DNA from: Malacoraja senta
Lineage: Eukaryota
Direction: 5' to 3'
Assembly (NCBI GenBank): GCA_038087875.1
Contig: CM075998.1
Location: forward strand, 1,924,001 to 1,988,000
Length of the DNA stretch: 64,000 nt
Part shown: positions 26,554 to 39,580 of the stretch, piece by piece
How positions within the stretch are numbered: the first letter of the stretch is position 1
How the letters are laid out: each line of letters begins with the position of its first letter
The notes under the pieces: model-generated
The model's database searches: none
What the model saw: the letters and a program-made list of their open reading frames with translations, nothing else
What the model was told of the DNA's origin: nothing
Made by a program: the position numbers and the translations under genes

Positions 26554-28895
26554 TTTTATTTATTAGAAGTACATTACATCACAGCCACATACATTAATAC
26601 TCGTCATTTATATCTTCTTACAATTAATGTACTCCCTTTATTTATTTTTTTTACGCTAAAGAAAGAAAAGATTGAAAGAGAGAAGAAAGTGAAGGAAAAA
26701 GTGCAAGTGTAGAAAAGTGTAGAAAATGTAACAACAAAAAAAAAAAAGGACGAGGACCCTATGAAAGCGAAATTAAAAACAAAAAAAAAAAGAGTTAAGA
26801 AATAGGCCCTAAGAAAAGAAAAGAGAGAGAGAAAAAAAGAAAAACAAATGTTTTTTTTTTTGAGCATCACGTAAATAGGACATACCAACTCTTCAACTAT
26901 CATCCCCCCCTTACCCGACCTCAATTTTTTATTTTTTTAAAGTACTTTTGCACCCTATGTTTGTAATAATTCTATAAATGCAGACCACGTCAGGTGGAAG
27001 TGATCTGGTTTACCTGCTAGGAGGAGTCTTATCTCTTCAAGGTGTAGTGTTTCAAACATATTTGAAATCCACATATTTATAGTTGGTATTGGAGCCTTCT
27101 TCCAAAATTTTAGAATTAGCTTTTTTCCAGTTATTAACCCATAATCCATTAATTTCTTTTGAAACACATTTAGTTCTGGATCATCTTCCGTTATTCCGAA
27201 GATAATCCATTCTGCTTTGGGTATCAGTCTTGTTTTAAATAACTTTGTAAAAATTTCAAAAATTTCATTCCAAAATTTTTGAATTTTTGTACAGAAGACA
27301 AATGAGTGCGCTATAGTTGCTTCTTGGGATTGACATTTATCACAAATAGATGATACGTTTGGGAAAATTTTATGAATTTTAGTTTTCGAATAATATAATC
27401 TATGTAAAATTTTAAATTGTATTAAAGTGTGTCTTACATTAATCGAGCATTTATGTACTTTTAATAAGTATTCATTCCAACTTTCCTTTGAAATTTTAAT
27501 AGCTAACTCTTGTTCCCAGTCTCTTCTGATACCCTCCGTAGATGGTATTTGTACATTTAAGATAATATTGTACAAATATGATATTAAGTTTGCTGATTCC
27601 GCTTTTGTCTGCATTGCCTCGTCCAGTACATCTGCTGGGTTATTATGATGATCTTTTATATATTTTTTCAAATAGTCGCATATTTGAAAGTATTTAAAAT
27701 ATTGATTATTTCCGAGTTTATATTTTATTTGTAATTGTTGAAATGAAAGTAATTTTCCAGTTTCATACAAGTCACCAAGCGTTTTAATTCCTAGTCTATC
27801 CCATTGTGTATAAGCTTTATCTATAATAGAAGGACTAAACGAAGGGTTATTGACTATAGGTAATAAAAGTGATAAGTTTCTTAATTTTAAATTTTGTTTT
27901 ATTTGTTTCCAAATACGGATTGTACTATGAATAATTGGGTTCTTATTATAGTTTATGTTATTCAATTTCATTGGAGAGAGGAGGATCGCTCCAATGTTTC
28001 TAGAGGAGCAATCCTCTTTCTCCATTACAATCCAGTCTACTTGCTGGGCGGAGTTATCCATCAGTTGAATCATGTTTTTAATATTTACTGACCAATAATA
28101 ATACATAAAATTGGGTAGTGCTAGACCCCCCAATACTTTAGATTTATTCAGATGGGTTTTTTGTATTCTATGTGATTTATAGTCCCATATAAAATTAGTG
28201 ATATCTGAGTCGAGTTTTTTAAAAAACTTCTTAGGTAAGTATATAGGAATTGATTGAAATAGGTATAAAATTTGTGGTAAAAAGATCATTTTTATTGCGT
28301 TTATTCGGCCTATTAAAGACATCGGAAGCGTTTTCCAGAATTTAATTAATGTATTCAGTTTATTAAGTAGGGGGTCAAAATTTGCCCTGAGCATACCTTG
28401 ATATGCTCTGGTAATTTCGATTCCCAAATATTTAAATTTTTCTGTAGCTATTTTAAAAGGGAATTTTAAAAGATGTGTTGAATCTTTCGGTTTTATTGAC
28501 ATAATTTCACTTTTATTCCAATTTATTCTATATCCAGAAAAAGATCCGAAGTCTTCAATTAAATTTAATATATTTGGTATAGTGATTTGAGGTTTTGTAA
28601 TATACAATAATATATCATCCGCGTATAAAGATATTTTATTATATGAGTCTTTAGTATTATATCCATGAATATCAGGGTGTATTCTAATTTTTTCTGCTAG
28701 CGGTTCAATAATGAGAGCAAACAGCTGTGGTGATAATGAGCATCCTTGTCTATTTCCCCTTGATAGTTGAAATTTCGAGGATAATATGTTATTAGTAAGT
28801 ATTCTAGCTGTAGGTTTGTTATATAGTAACTTAATCCATAAAATAAAATTCTCTCCCAGTTGAAATTTTTGTAATACTTTAATAATTCCATTCTA
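26501..28895 (-). mobile_element. 5'-truncated L1 retrotransposon, young insertion
   Basis: 48-nt polyA (T26501-26548) with AATAAA just upstream; TSD CGTGATATGTC at 26490-26500 and 28896-28906. Confidence 0.95.
26955..28880 (-). CDS. L1 ORF2 3' part (RT domain plus C-terminal CCHC knuckle), no native start
   Basis: Frame is open from 28880 to 26955; motifs RGNRQGCSLSPQLF, LYADD, FKYLG, CDKC-x8-H-x4-C. Confidence 0.9.
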   Translation of the reverse strand, partial: KVLQKFQLGENFILWIKLLYNKPTARILTNNILSSKFQLSRGNRQGCSLSPQLFALIIEPLAEKIRIHPDIHGYNTKDSYNKISLYADDILLYITKPQITIPNILNLIEDFGSFSGYRINWNKSEIMSIKPKDSTHLLKFPFKIATEKFKYLGIEITRAYQGMLRANFDPLLNKLNTLIKFWKTLPMSLIGRINAIKMIFLPQILYLFQSIPIYLPKKFFKKLDSDITNFIWDYKSHRIQKTHLNKSKVLGGLALPNFMYYYWSVNIKNMIQLMDNSAQQVDWIVMEKEDCSSRNIGAILLSPMKLNNINYNKNPIIHSTIRIWKQIKQNLKLRNLSLLLPIVNNPSFSPSIIDKAYTQWDRLGIKTLGDLYETGKLLSFQQLQIKYKLGNNQYFKYFQICDYLKKYIKDHHNNPADVLDEAMQTKAESANLISYLYNIILNVQIPSTEGIRRDWEQELAIKISKESWNEYLLKVHKCSINVRHTLIQFKILHRLYYSKTKIHKIFPNVSSICDKCQSQEATIAHSFVFCTKIQKFWNEIFEIFTKLFKTRLIPKAEWIIFGITEDDPELNVFQKKLMDYGLITGKKLILKFWKKAPIPTINMWISNMFETLHLEEIRLLLAGKPDHFHLTWSAFIELLQT

Positions 28896-29734
28896 CGTGA
28901 TATGTCTAACCTGGAAATGCTTGATGCTGATACTGGGTGCTTAAAATGGGGAGAAATGTTGTATTTCCCAACAATAAAAGACCTCATCTTGATGCACATG
29001 AAAGAAACAAAGTGACTTCTGCAGCTGTATTTATGATGCTCTGGTTCATATCTTATTGCTGCGAAACTGTTTTTATCTGTGTTCAAAGGAATTATTCGAA
29101 TATTTCTTTCAAAACCTCTGTGGATTTATTGGTGTTGATTCATGAAAATTGTAAATCCGAGATGCTGTAATATATCAGTGGTGTTTTCTGCTTATTGTTA
29201 TCATGGTTGATCTGCAGTGATCAAAGCAAATATCATGTAACAAAAGCTTTTTCATGTTAAGAGGAGTCCTAGGCAATTAGTATACACTTATCAACAAGAT
29301 TGTGATTACTGGAATTGTATTTGGTTAATGTCTGAATATGGAATTTCATTTTAAGCCTTGAAATCTCCCTAATAAGTGTTTTGTAGTATATCAGACAATA
29401 CTGTGATTGCATTTGCGACTGAAATTGTTGGTGGTTGTTTCATCATCGCTCCCAGATTTTGAACTTTCACACCATTGTACTATCAAGTTTTCACAGAAGG
29501 TGTTGAAGATGCTTATGATAGCCCAGCTTTGATAGCTGCTTGAGAGGACTATCGGCACCAGAAAATATTGAATACAGAATCATGTATTGTCTTTCCGCTG
29601 ACTGGTTAGCCCGCAACAAAAGCTTTTTGCTGTACCTCGGTACACGTGACAATAAACTGAACTGAGCTGCATCCCAGTGAAGTCTCACTTTTATAATTAC
29701 AGAAGTTGATAAATCTTCTTTCCTTTCCTTGTAG

Positions 29735-29793
29735 TTTTATGGACAGGGAGGTGGCGCTTTTGGGAGAAATGGACAAAGTCAAAGCAGCAGCAC
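29735..29793 (+). CDS. SPATS2: SPATS2 coding exon
   Basis: polypyrimidine tract then gtag|T...GCAC|gtaagt; (C)FMDREVALLGEMDKVKAAA; 59 nt, phase 2 to 1. Confidence 0.95.
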
Positions 29794-30111
29794 GTAAGTG
29801 ACTATTTTGCAGTCTATAATATCCGATTTCAGGAGAGTGATTGCTTCGGTAGTTTGTGCATTGCTCGGGAAGCTTCTGGGCTGTTAAACTCACTATGATC
29901 TCCAATCTGGTTAAAGGTGTATGAAGTGGTCCCTTTCAAATGGATGCAGAGATGTTTCCCAAGGCATGCTAAAGTTTACTATATTCTAAGTTTCAATCCT
30001 TCAGTGTGTATGTATTTAAAGATGCTATTTCTAGCTTAGGAAAGACAAGGACAAACTGATATTTGACATCTAGAAAGGTATGTAAAATGTGCCATTGAAG
30101 TGCAAGACGAA

Positions 30112-30330
30112 ATGTGTAGGAAGGAACTGTAGATGCTGGTTTAAACTGAAGATAGACACTATGCTGGAGTAACTCAGCGGGACAGGCAGCATCACTGGAG
30201 AGAAGGAATAGGTGACATTTTGGATCGAGACCCTCCTTCTGAAGAAGGGTCTCGACCTGAAATGTCACCCATTCCTTCTGTCCAGAGATGCTGCCTGTCC
30301 CACAGAGTTACTCTATCCTTTGTGTCTATC
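30112..30330. mobile_element. Palindromic Penelope-derived short element
   Basis: Inverted arms with central CTGAAGAAGGGTCTCGACCTGAAATGTCACC. Similar copies lie near 491-707, 7200-7400, 20228-20360, 23220-23390, 46948-47142, 48153-48255, 56278-56400 and 58470-58655. Confidence 0.8.
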
Positions 30331-31636
30331 TCAGAGTACAAGTCTTTGCTTTTAGTTTAAGCAACCTATTAATAATTGAACATTATCTTCAATAAATTGC
30401 AGATCTTAATTAATTTAGAGCTGAGAAAGTAGATCCACATTTGTTACCCAACTAGGATGGATAAACTCTATACCAAAGCCTCTCCCAAGTCATTTATTAA
30501 CACTCTTCAGATGGTGCAATTCGGCCAAGGGAAAGCATTGTGCATCTTGAGAAAACTAAATTAGCTTAGAGATAAAGACTTTTAATTGTTTCTACATTAG
30601 TAGCTGGGATTGTTAGTAGCATTTTATTGCTGCGCAAATTTCAAATGGTAATGTGAAACCCACTGATGGGAGAAATGCAGATCTTCTGCGATTATAAACT
30701 AAGTGTATTTCATAGAAAAATAGAAAATAGGTGCAGGAGTAGGCCATTCGGCCCTTCGAACCAACACCGCCATTCAATATGATCATGGCTGATCATCCAC
30801 AATCAGTACCCTGTTCCTGCTTTCGCCCCATATAATAGAGGGTGAAAGGAGGGTTGCTGTGCATTTAAATCTCATTTGAAAATGTGTGATTAAATATTTT
30901 CCATCGTTCCGTGTAGACTGAGCACCTTGTGAGCGTGGGGCGGAGGTTGGCTCCCTTCCTGAAGTTTGTTTGTTCTTGATCTTGATGGTTTTTACCTGTT
31001 CCATGAATAAACTCACTATTTTGATTAGGCTGGCATGATGAATTTCAAGTTTGGTGTTCATGAATTTGAATGAAAGCAAATGACCATTGAGGTATGCAAA
31101 AGCATGTTTGTCAATATTGCAGTCATCAACAGGCAAAATTTATCATAAAGTTTTTTTTTGAACTTCAGTGTGTTGGAGTATTAATGGGTCCAGCATGCAA
31201 TAGCCCAGAAAATCTGCCACCCTAGCACCGATATAGTCCTGAGGGTGCTGGATTATGGAAATGTTGCTGTGTTTGGTTTTTAACATCTTAAACTAATAAG
31301 TGCTACCTCCAACGTGGCAAAACCTTGTTGATGTGAGATTGTTCTTTATTATAAACTCTAAGTAGATGAAATGGGGACCAGCACGAATAACATTTTCCTC
31401 CCCAGAAACTGCTTTCACTTTCATCTTAATATTTGGTAAACCCATCTTCAGTGCGTACTGTCAACTAACTGCACTGACTGGAGACGTTGGTCCCCAGTCA
31501 GATTATTTCCGGCCAAGTTGGAATCCGTTTGACAAGTTCAATCGCGATTGAATACCTTTTCAACAGTGGGTTGAAAGATAGTCTGAGGTAAAGAAGCTCA
31601 AAGGTGTATAGTTCTGCAGATGCAGTATAATATAGT

Positions 31637-32492
31637 TAAATGTGAGGTTATCCACTTTGGCGGCAAAACAAGGGGGCAGATTATTATCTCAATGGGGTTA
31701 GGTTAGGTAAGGGGGAGGTACAGCGATGGGGTTAGGTTAGGGGGAGGTTAGGTAATGGGGTTAGGTAAGGGGGAGGTCCAACTTGACCGGTCACTGAAAG
31801 TTGGCGTGCAGGTACAGCAGGCAGTGAAGAAAGCTAATGGAATGTTGGCCTTCATAACAAGAGGATTTCAGTATAGGAGTAAAGAGGTTGTTCTGCCGTT
31901 GTATAGGGCTCTGGTAAGACCACATCTGAAGTATTGTGTACAGTTTTGGTCTCCTAATGTGAGGAAGGACATCCTTGTGATTGAGGCAGTGCAGCGTAGG
32001 TTCACAAGATTAATCCCTGGGATGGCGGGACTGTCATATGAGGATAGATTGAAAAGACTAGGCTTGTATTCACTGGCGTTTAGAAGGATGAGGGGGATCT
32101 TATAGAAACATATAAAATTATAAAAGGACTGGACAAGCTAGATGCAGGAAATGTTTTCCCAATGTTGGGCGAGTCCAGAACCAGGGGCCACAGTCTTAGA
32201 ATAAAGGGGAGGCCATTTAAGACTGAGGTGAGAAAAAACGTTTTCACCCAGAGAGTTGTGAATTTGTGGAATTCCCTGCCACAGAGGGCAGTGGAGGCCA
32301 AATCACTGGATGGATTTAAGAGAGAGTTAGATAGAGCTCCAGGGACTAGTGGAATCAAGGGATATGGGGAGAAGGAAGGCACGGGTTATTGATTGGGGAC
32401 GATCAGCCATGATAACAATGAATGGCGGTGCTGGCTCGAAGGGCCGAATGGCCTCCTCCTGCACCTATTTTCTATGTTTCTTTCTATGTTCT
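31637..32492 (+). mobile_element. CR1 LINE 3' 0.85 kb
   Basis: KKANGMLAFI...LYRALVRPHLKYCVQFWSP...TRGHSLRI; TTCTATG-repeat tail. Confidence 0.92.
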
Positions 32493-32570
32493 ATTAAGAT
32501 CTGACCTGTTTTGTTTCAAAAGTTTTGCTTAAATCTGATTTATAATTCTAGCTTGGTTCTGACCATATGT

Positions 32571-33584
32571 TAGCAATGTTACAAAATTTTGAAATTTAAA
32601 AAATAAAGTCTAATTTATCCCATCAGATAAAGCATAAAAAGAAGTTTAATTTGACACCTAATTCATTTTCATATCTTCAGTATTAAAGTTATGGCCATTT
32701 TCATACTCGGAAATTAGCATCTTGTTCCCTATTGCTTTTCCATTGACTTAACACAAAAGCCCATAACTTTCTTAAAAATTAAGAGAACTGAAAGAAATTT
32801 TCAGTTATTATAGATTGAAGCATTCTGAAACAAATATGAAACAATCTTACTTAGATGACATGAAATTAAAGCATATAATTAGTTAGTTACCTAATTGTAG
32901 CTAATTACAAAATTCAATTACTAGATCTAAACATCTATCAATTTCTTAAGAATAGATTAACATTTTTAAATAGCCTAAGTGTCCAAATAACATTCACACA
33001 AGAATTCACAATATAACATAATTTTTAAATCTCATTGTCATGGATTTACAGGCCAAATGGAAGGAATTTAATGTTTAATACCTGTAAATTAATGGCCATT
33101 TATATAATCTTGCGAATGGGGTTTTCTGGAACGCGATCATTTGGAACGTTGATTTGCGGTGAATTTAAACCCGTATCGGCATGAAAGATTCTGCCGTTAG
33201 TTCGGGGAAAAGAATTACTGTTTCGCATTAAAAAAATGTAAATTAAAGGCTTCTTAAGATGCACTTTTATACATTAAAATAAACTACTTTCGTTTACCTG
33301 TTCCGTGTGTGAAATCCGTCCCCGTTGTCGGTGTTGACGGCTTCAGAAGCTGATTTTAAAATGACTCCAGCGCTGACATTGTCGATCGAATAAAAATAAA
33401 AAATACACAACGCCCGTCAGAACGATTTTTCAGCAAACGCTTGCGCTCCAACGAAATAATAACCAGGACAAGGTAGGAGAAACCCGCGTTTTAACCCCGC
33501 CCCCCCCTTAAAGGTGCCAAAATCACGCACACGGCCAGTGGCAGAATTGCAGCGCCGCTGAAGGTAAGTATTGTAACATACCTA
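32571..33584. mobile_element. Non-autonomous DNA transposon with 7-bp TSD
   Basis: Imperfect TIR TAGnnATGTTACAA; direct repeat CATATGT at 32564-32570 and 33585-33591; AT-rich left half and CpG-rich right half. Confidence 0.75.
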
Positions 33585-33646
33585 CATATGTGGATTAGTT
33601 TTCTTTAGTGGCAGCCTCCACTAAATGTGCTATTGCTTCCCATTAG

Positions 33647-33756
33647 TTGCAATTCTGGACAGCCGCCAGAAGAAAGCTGAAACATTGAAGAGATTGACAG
33701 ACAATGCAGTCCGTATGTCGGAGGAACAACTAGTGGAGCTTAGAGCTGATATTAAG
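33647..33756 (+). CDS. SPATS2: SPATS2 coding exon
   Basis: ttag|TT...AAG|gtaaa; (L)AILDSRQKKAETLKRLTDNAVRMSEEQLVELRADIK; 110 nt, phase 1 to 0. Confidence 0.95.
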
Positions 33757-34583
33757 GTAAATTTATTGTATTTACTTAAGCATCATTATAAAAAAAACAC
33801 AAAGGTGGAACACTTTGTTAAGCTTTGTGTGATTTATCGCCCTTGAGCCAAGCCCACCTTTTAGTAATTACAGTCCATTTTGAAATCCAAATGGTCAACC
33901 TCTCTTTGATACAGAGTATGGACTAGCCAAGTTGTTTCTCTTTGACATTTGAATTTAACCTGTCAAGCAGGTTCTGCTTAGACCTAGGAAGGAATGTTTT
34001 GCTCTGGTTTTGTTCTGGTCAGTTGCAGTATATACATAACCTGTTGAAGAATGTAGAACTGTTATGCCGAATAAAACTGACAATCCACAAGCCACATGTA
34101 CGTGACTCCTTTGCATTCTATTCTGAGCTTCGCATACTCTTTCTCAATGACCACCAAACCACGTCTACCTTCCAGTAGGTGTGTTCGTTGAGGGCTGCAG
34201 GCCAATTTAAATATTGTTGACACTAATATTCATCAGTTCCACATAAATAATGTTATTTTGCCAATTCCATCCATGAGGACAAACCTGATCTATTGGGTTT
34301 TTCCATTTTCTAATTATTCACTGGATCTCTCATCCTTTTTGTGAATATTTTGTCCTTCCATCGTCTAATCTTGCATATTGCACAACATTGTTTAGTTAAA
34401 TATAAAGGATCAAGCACATTGCTAAATATTTTTTACTGCTAGCCACTGGGGTGGTAGGGTGGGTACAGGAGTTCCCTATGATGTGACCTCTTATTTCTTA
34501 TATATAAAAACTAATCTCTGGTAGCTTCCCACGTGAACTATTGAATTATCTGTCCTGTGTTCCAACTGTCACCTTGTCTCAGT

Positions 34584-34801
34584 GTTTAAGATGAAGAAGG
34601 GACTGCAGATGCTGAAAAAATCAAAAGTAGACAACAAATGCTGGAGAAACCCAGCGGGTGAGGCAGCATCTATGGAGAGAAGGAATAGGCGATGTTTCGG
34701 GTCCAGACTGCAGTCTGAAGGGTCTTGACCCAAAACGTCGTCTATTCCTTGCCTCCATAGATGCTGCCTCACCCACTGAGTTTGCCCAGCATTTATTGTC
34801 T
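34584..34801. mobile_element. Palindromic Penelope-derived short element
   Basis: Inverted arms around CAGACTGCAGTCTG; TSD ACCTTGTCTCAGT at 34571-34583 and 34802-34814. Confidence 0.8.
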
Positions 34802-36344
34802 ACCTTGTCTCAGTATTTGGAGTTTTGCATTCAACTGAAGTTTGGGTTCTGGCCCCTTTCCAGGACTTGAACATTAATCTGGTCTAGATGGGCATTTCAA
34901 CAAAGGATCGTATGCTGTGCTGGCTGAGTATCCTTCTAATGGTGCCCATCTGCCTGTTAGGTGAATGATAAATAGCACCTTGTTGGAAAAGTAGCCAATA
35001 TTCTGGCCTGAATACCTTCTAGAATCGACTATCAAGGACAATTTATATTGTTATTTTGCTGTTTGGGGTGAATTTTTAATGCGCAAAATGGCTGCTGCAT
35101 TTGCCTTATCAGAAACTTCTACACATCAAAATTGTATGTTGACTGCTTTGGGATGGTGTGAATGACTTGATAAAAGTAAATAAAAGTGCTTGAAATTAAT
35201 TTTGTGTCAAGACACTAGGCTGTAAACTAAAAGTGCGATTTTTCACTGTGATAAATGGTGCTCACTGAGATGCAGGTTGTCCACGAGCCACTTGGCCCAA
35301 CCAGGCCACATGCTCCTCTTGAGCTTCCTCCCAACTTTACCAAGTCAACAGCAGAATCCTCTGTTTGCCTTGTCCATCCTAGGCTTATATTGTCTGAAAC
35401 GTATGTATACTAATACCTCCACTGCTTCCTCTCTCGTCTCTGGATAAATTGTCTGTTCAATTTCTTGGGGAATATTTCGCTTTAATGGTTTCTGGCTTTG
35501 TTCTTATTGATGGCATCAAAATATTGACCAATTTAAAAAAAATAATAATAATAAAAAATAAAACTTTCATGGGATCACCTCACAGCATTCTCTTTCAATA
35601 GAAACCTAATTTGTTCTTGTGATGGGTGTAATCACACCTATCTGATGTGATCTTTGTAAAATCCATTGCACCCTCTGGTGACCAAAATCTCATACCGTAA
35701 ACCAAGTGTCATTCAGCCGATGTTTGAGCATAACTTCTCTACATTTCATACCTGTCTTTCTAGAAACAATGCGCACGATTTGACTCTTTTAATGACATCA
35801 ACCTTACCACTTCTAATGATTTGTCTATTTGTCATCCACGATCCTTAGATTCTTCTTTTCCAGGTAATATTTAACAATTCCCCCCCCCCCCCATTATAAT
35901 CTGATGCCTAACTCAACTGTGCGGAATAACACATTTGCCCAATCTTCAAATGTATTAATGTCATTCTTTCATTGTAGACGATCTCCCCAATTTGGTGATA
36001 TCTACAAATGTATTAAAACATATTATTCCAGAGTCTAAATTATAGTGACCAACAGCAGTCTCAAACTGATCATTATGCAATTCCCTTTCTGCCGTGCTGA
36101 ATACGCTTTTTTGGGTTTTTTGTCTTCAAGCCTCCTAGATAATCATGAACCTGACACCAAGCTGGGTTCCATTAAACTTTATTTGCGAAGCCAGGCTCTA
36201 TATCAAGTATCCACAGTGCTGGAGTAACTAAGTGGGTTTTTGTAAACCAGCACCTCCAGTTCCTTGTGTCTATCAAAGGTATTTTAGAAATCTAGGTGCA
36301 TTAAAAAAATGTATCGCAGTGCCTGTCTCTATCCACTCTCCACT

Positions 36345-36371
36345 CCCCCCCCCCCCCCCCCCCCCCCCCCC
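36345..36371. repeat. Poly-C tract (27 nt)
   Basis: Visible homopolymer; G-quadruplex potential on the minus strand. Confidence 0.9.
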
Positions 36372-37466
36372 AGCTACTTCATAAAATTTGATGAGGTCGG
36401 TAATTGAAGGCATCCCATTTTGTTTTCTATTTGTATTCTTGGCTCCTACTTTTCCGCTTCTACATCTCGCAAGCATATTTCTGGTCCAATACAAATTAGA
36501 TCCAGTAGAAGGCTCCATGAGAAAGACCCACATACTAATTTTATCTCGCTCCTGTCCAAATGCTTGATGTGGCATTTCTGGTGCTGAAGTGAGCCATTTT
36601 TTATGGCCCATGAATGAGACTGACAATTTCCTGCCACAGTTTTTACATTGTCAGAAGATGCCCACTGGGAACTGGGCCAAGATGGCACAAAAGTTGTTCA
36701 AACTGGATTTTTAATAAAAAAAGAAAAATCAGACCTGATGGGGGATGTGTGTGTGTTGTATTTTCCTCTTCCCAATGTTTGGCTGACGAGGTGATAGTAA
36801 ATATAGTGTATAGGTTTTGTGTTCATTATTCAGAACAGGTGACATTCTGCTCAATGACATTGTAGTGTTTCATTTTTGGAAGAAAGTAATGTGCAACTTA
36901 TGGAGCAAACCTGCTGGAATACATGTAGTTTGCTTAATTAAACACAACATTGTTTTATGGAGTTTGTAGAAAAGTGAGATTTCCTATCCCACATTTGTAC
37001 CATTTAAGTACTTAATTACCTGCAATACACTGGCCTTGAGATTACGCTTTGAGTTGTTAAATTTTGACCCATTTTCTTAAAGGAGATTAATGCTTCTGCT
37101 AAAATGGTGTGAAACTGTCGATGTAGGATTCATCAACAACTAGCGTTGCTTTATAACAATACATTATTTCAGGAACATTATGAAAAAGGTGTTTGTGTTT
37201 TGCATGTTATAATTGTGTGCGCTTGATTAAACAGTCACTGGGAGTTATACACCGTAAATTGTTCCTTGATTTATGTTTTCTGTTTACTTAATGTTCGCAA
37301 ATGGAATTGGTAGATGCATGATATAGTATTGCCACAGTTTTAATCATTTACAAAAAATTTACACCAATTGTACAAGTTAGAATCATGATTGTGTAATTTA
37401 AAAAAAGCTAAGCTACCATATGCTTGGACTTTACCTGCTAGAGTTTTTTAAAATGTATTATTCTAG

Positions 37467-37569
37467 CACTTTGTCAGTGAACGGAAATATGATGAAGACC
37501 TGGGCCGATGCGCACAGTTTACCTGTGATGTGGAAGAACTGAAAGCGAGTATCCAAGCCTTTGGACAAG
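37467..37569 (+). CDS. SPATS2: SPATS2 coding exon
   Basis: ctag|CAC...CAAG|gtaag; HFVSERKYDEDLGRCAQFTCDVEELKASIQAFGQ; 103 nt, phase 0 to 1. Confidence 0.95.
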
Positions 37570-39224
37570 GTAAGCTGAGGCTTGGTCACGTAACATCTTG
37601 TTATTAAAACCTGTTTGATATTTGCATCTACCTTACAAGTGGGCACTGGGCATTTTGAATCTCAATGTGCTGCAGACACTGGAACAAGTCATTGGAACTG
37701 GTTGCGAGCGTCAGAGTGTGAATGGGTTTGTACTATATTTTCACTGAGGATGAATTGCTGCCACTTCTGTTTGAGACGCCAAATGTTTGCTAATTATGGA
37801 TTTACCAAAGATTCTGATTGTCTTGTGTGATTGTGATATCCCTTGAGATTCTCGACCTGTCTTCATCCGTTGTGGTTGAGCACGCTATCTTCTGAAGCTT
37901 CTGTGTGGCCGTTTCGTTGGTTGGGACACTTAACTGGTTGCTTTCTTATCTGTCATAGCTGGAGAATCACCAGAATGCCACTATTCCCAGACATGCACCT
38001 CTACCTCTGGTATTCCCCACGGTTTGATCCCAACTTCCTTCCATTTTTTTCATCTACATGCTGCTACTCGGTAACAATGGCTTTCCACATACATGCTGAC
38101 AACCCTTGCTTAACTCAGCACTACTTTTCTTTTAAGAGATACAGCACGGAAACAGGGCCTTCGGCCCACCGAGTCTGCACCGACCAGCGATCCCCGCACA
38201 TTAACACACGCCTACACACACTAGGGACAATTTATACTTATACCAAGTATACAAACCCAAGCCAATTAACCTGTAAACCTGTACTTCTTTGGAGTTTGGG
38301 AGGTACCGAAAATCTCGGGGAAAAACCCACGTAGGTCACGGGGGAGAACGTACAAACTCCATACAGACAGCACCCGTAGTCGGTATCAAACCCGGGTTTC
38401 TGGCGCTGTGAGGGAGTAACTCTACCGCTGTGCCGCTTGGTGAATTCTCCTGACTTCTCTTGAATAATAACAATTACATCCCTTCACTGTCCCTAAATGA
38501 TCAGACTTCTTGTCCGGCATTCAGTACTGGGTGAATAACAATATCCTCTAACTTGACATTGGAAATAATTAAGTAATTTTCTTCATTTTCCTCCCACAAA
38601 CTCTTCCCTGGTAAACTCTTCAGCCCCCTCTTTGCCAAATGTTTGAGATTAAAGGATTCCAATTGAAAATTTTGTGTCATATTTACCCACAAGTTTGAGA
38701 CTCCATATCGATACCATCTCTATGCTCCAATTTTGAGGTGTAATCAATAATGCCTAGGTCTCAGCCTAACTACTGGTGGAATTGTCATCCATGCCTTTGT
38801 TTCCTTATAAGATTCAGTTTTCCAATGCATTCCTTGCTTTCATTCTACCCTTTAGTTTGAGATAATCCAAAACGCCATTGGCTGTATGGTAATGTGTCAA
38901 GTCCCATTCATCCATCACCCCAGTGAACCACAGTGGGGCTTTCCTTAACCAGAAGCAGGTTAAAATTCTCATGTCTTCCTATCTCTCCATGGTCTCTTGT
39001 CACCACCATTTAACTGCCTCAAATGTGACACTATGTTCTCAAGTTTCCAAATCCCTCAACTCCAATTTTCAGTCCCTAGGCTTCTCCACCTTTCCATCCT
39101 GCATGGTGCTTAATAAAGCCTATCTCACAGTGTGTGTATACCCAATATTCATGCATCTTTGGGTTGTGAAATGGAATTGTGTGTTGTGTTCTGATGCTGA
39201 GTTTTTGGGTGGCGTTGCTAAAGA

Positions 39225-39580
39225 TGATGAGGAATAGGAGCAGGCCAAGGATGGATGTTTGGGGTAACACGAGAGGGAATCGGAAGAGAAGCTATTGTGG
39301 GTGAGTTAATGGATGAGAATGAAAGCAGTCAAGTGTGGGCCAACTAGTTGGATGGCAGGGGAAGGGTGGAGGAGGAGGATGTTGTGGTCATCTTTATTCA
39401 TGGCTGTGGATGGGTTGAGAAGAGCAAAGTGTGATATTGCCAGTGTCACAGATGCAGAAGATGCCAAGTGACTCCGAGCTATTTCAGTGGAAGCGGCAGA
39501 ATGCTAAGTGGAGGCGTAAAAACTTGGAGTGGGCTTGAATTTGAGGCAACCGCATGTACAAGGTACTTGAAGACGATGAG
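39225..39580 (-). mobile_element. Old L2 RT fragment
   Basis: Degenerate minus-strand translation containing PQTSILGLLLF (GVPQGS-LGPLLF-like) and DHNILL motifs. Confidence 0.55.

Noticed and set aside
26604..26924. 106-aa Phe-rich ORF that looks like a membrane protein
   Set aside because: It is the translation of the T-rich L1 3' UTR.
31691..31786. TTAGG units suggesting an interstitial telomere
   Set aside because: The units derive from the CR1 coding sequence and are not a (TTAGGG)n array.
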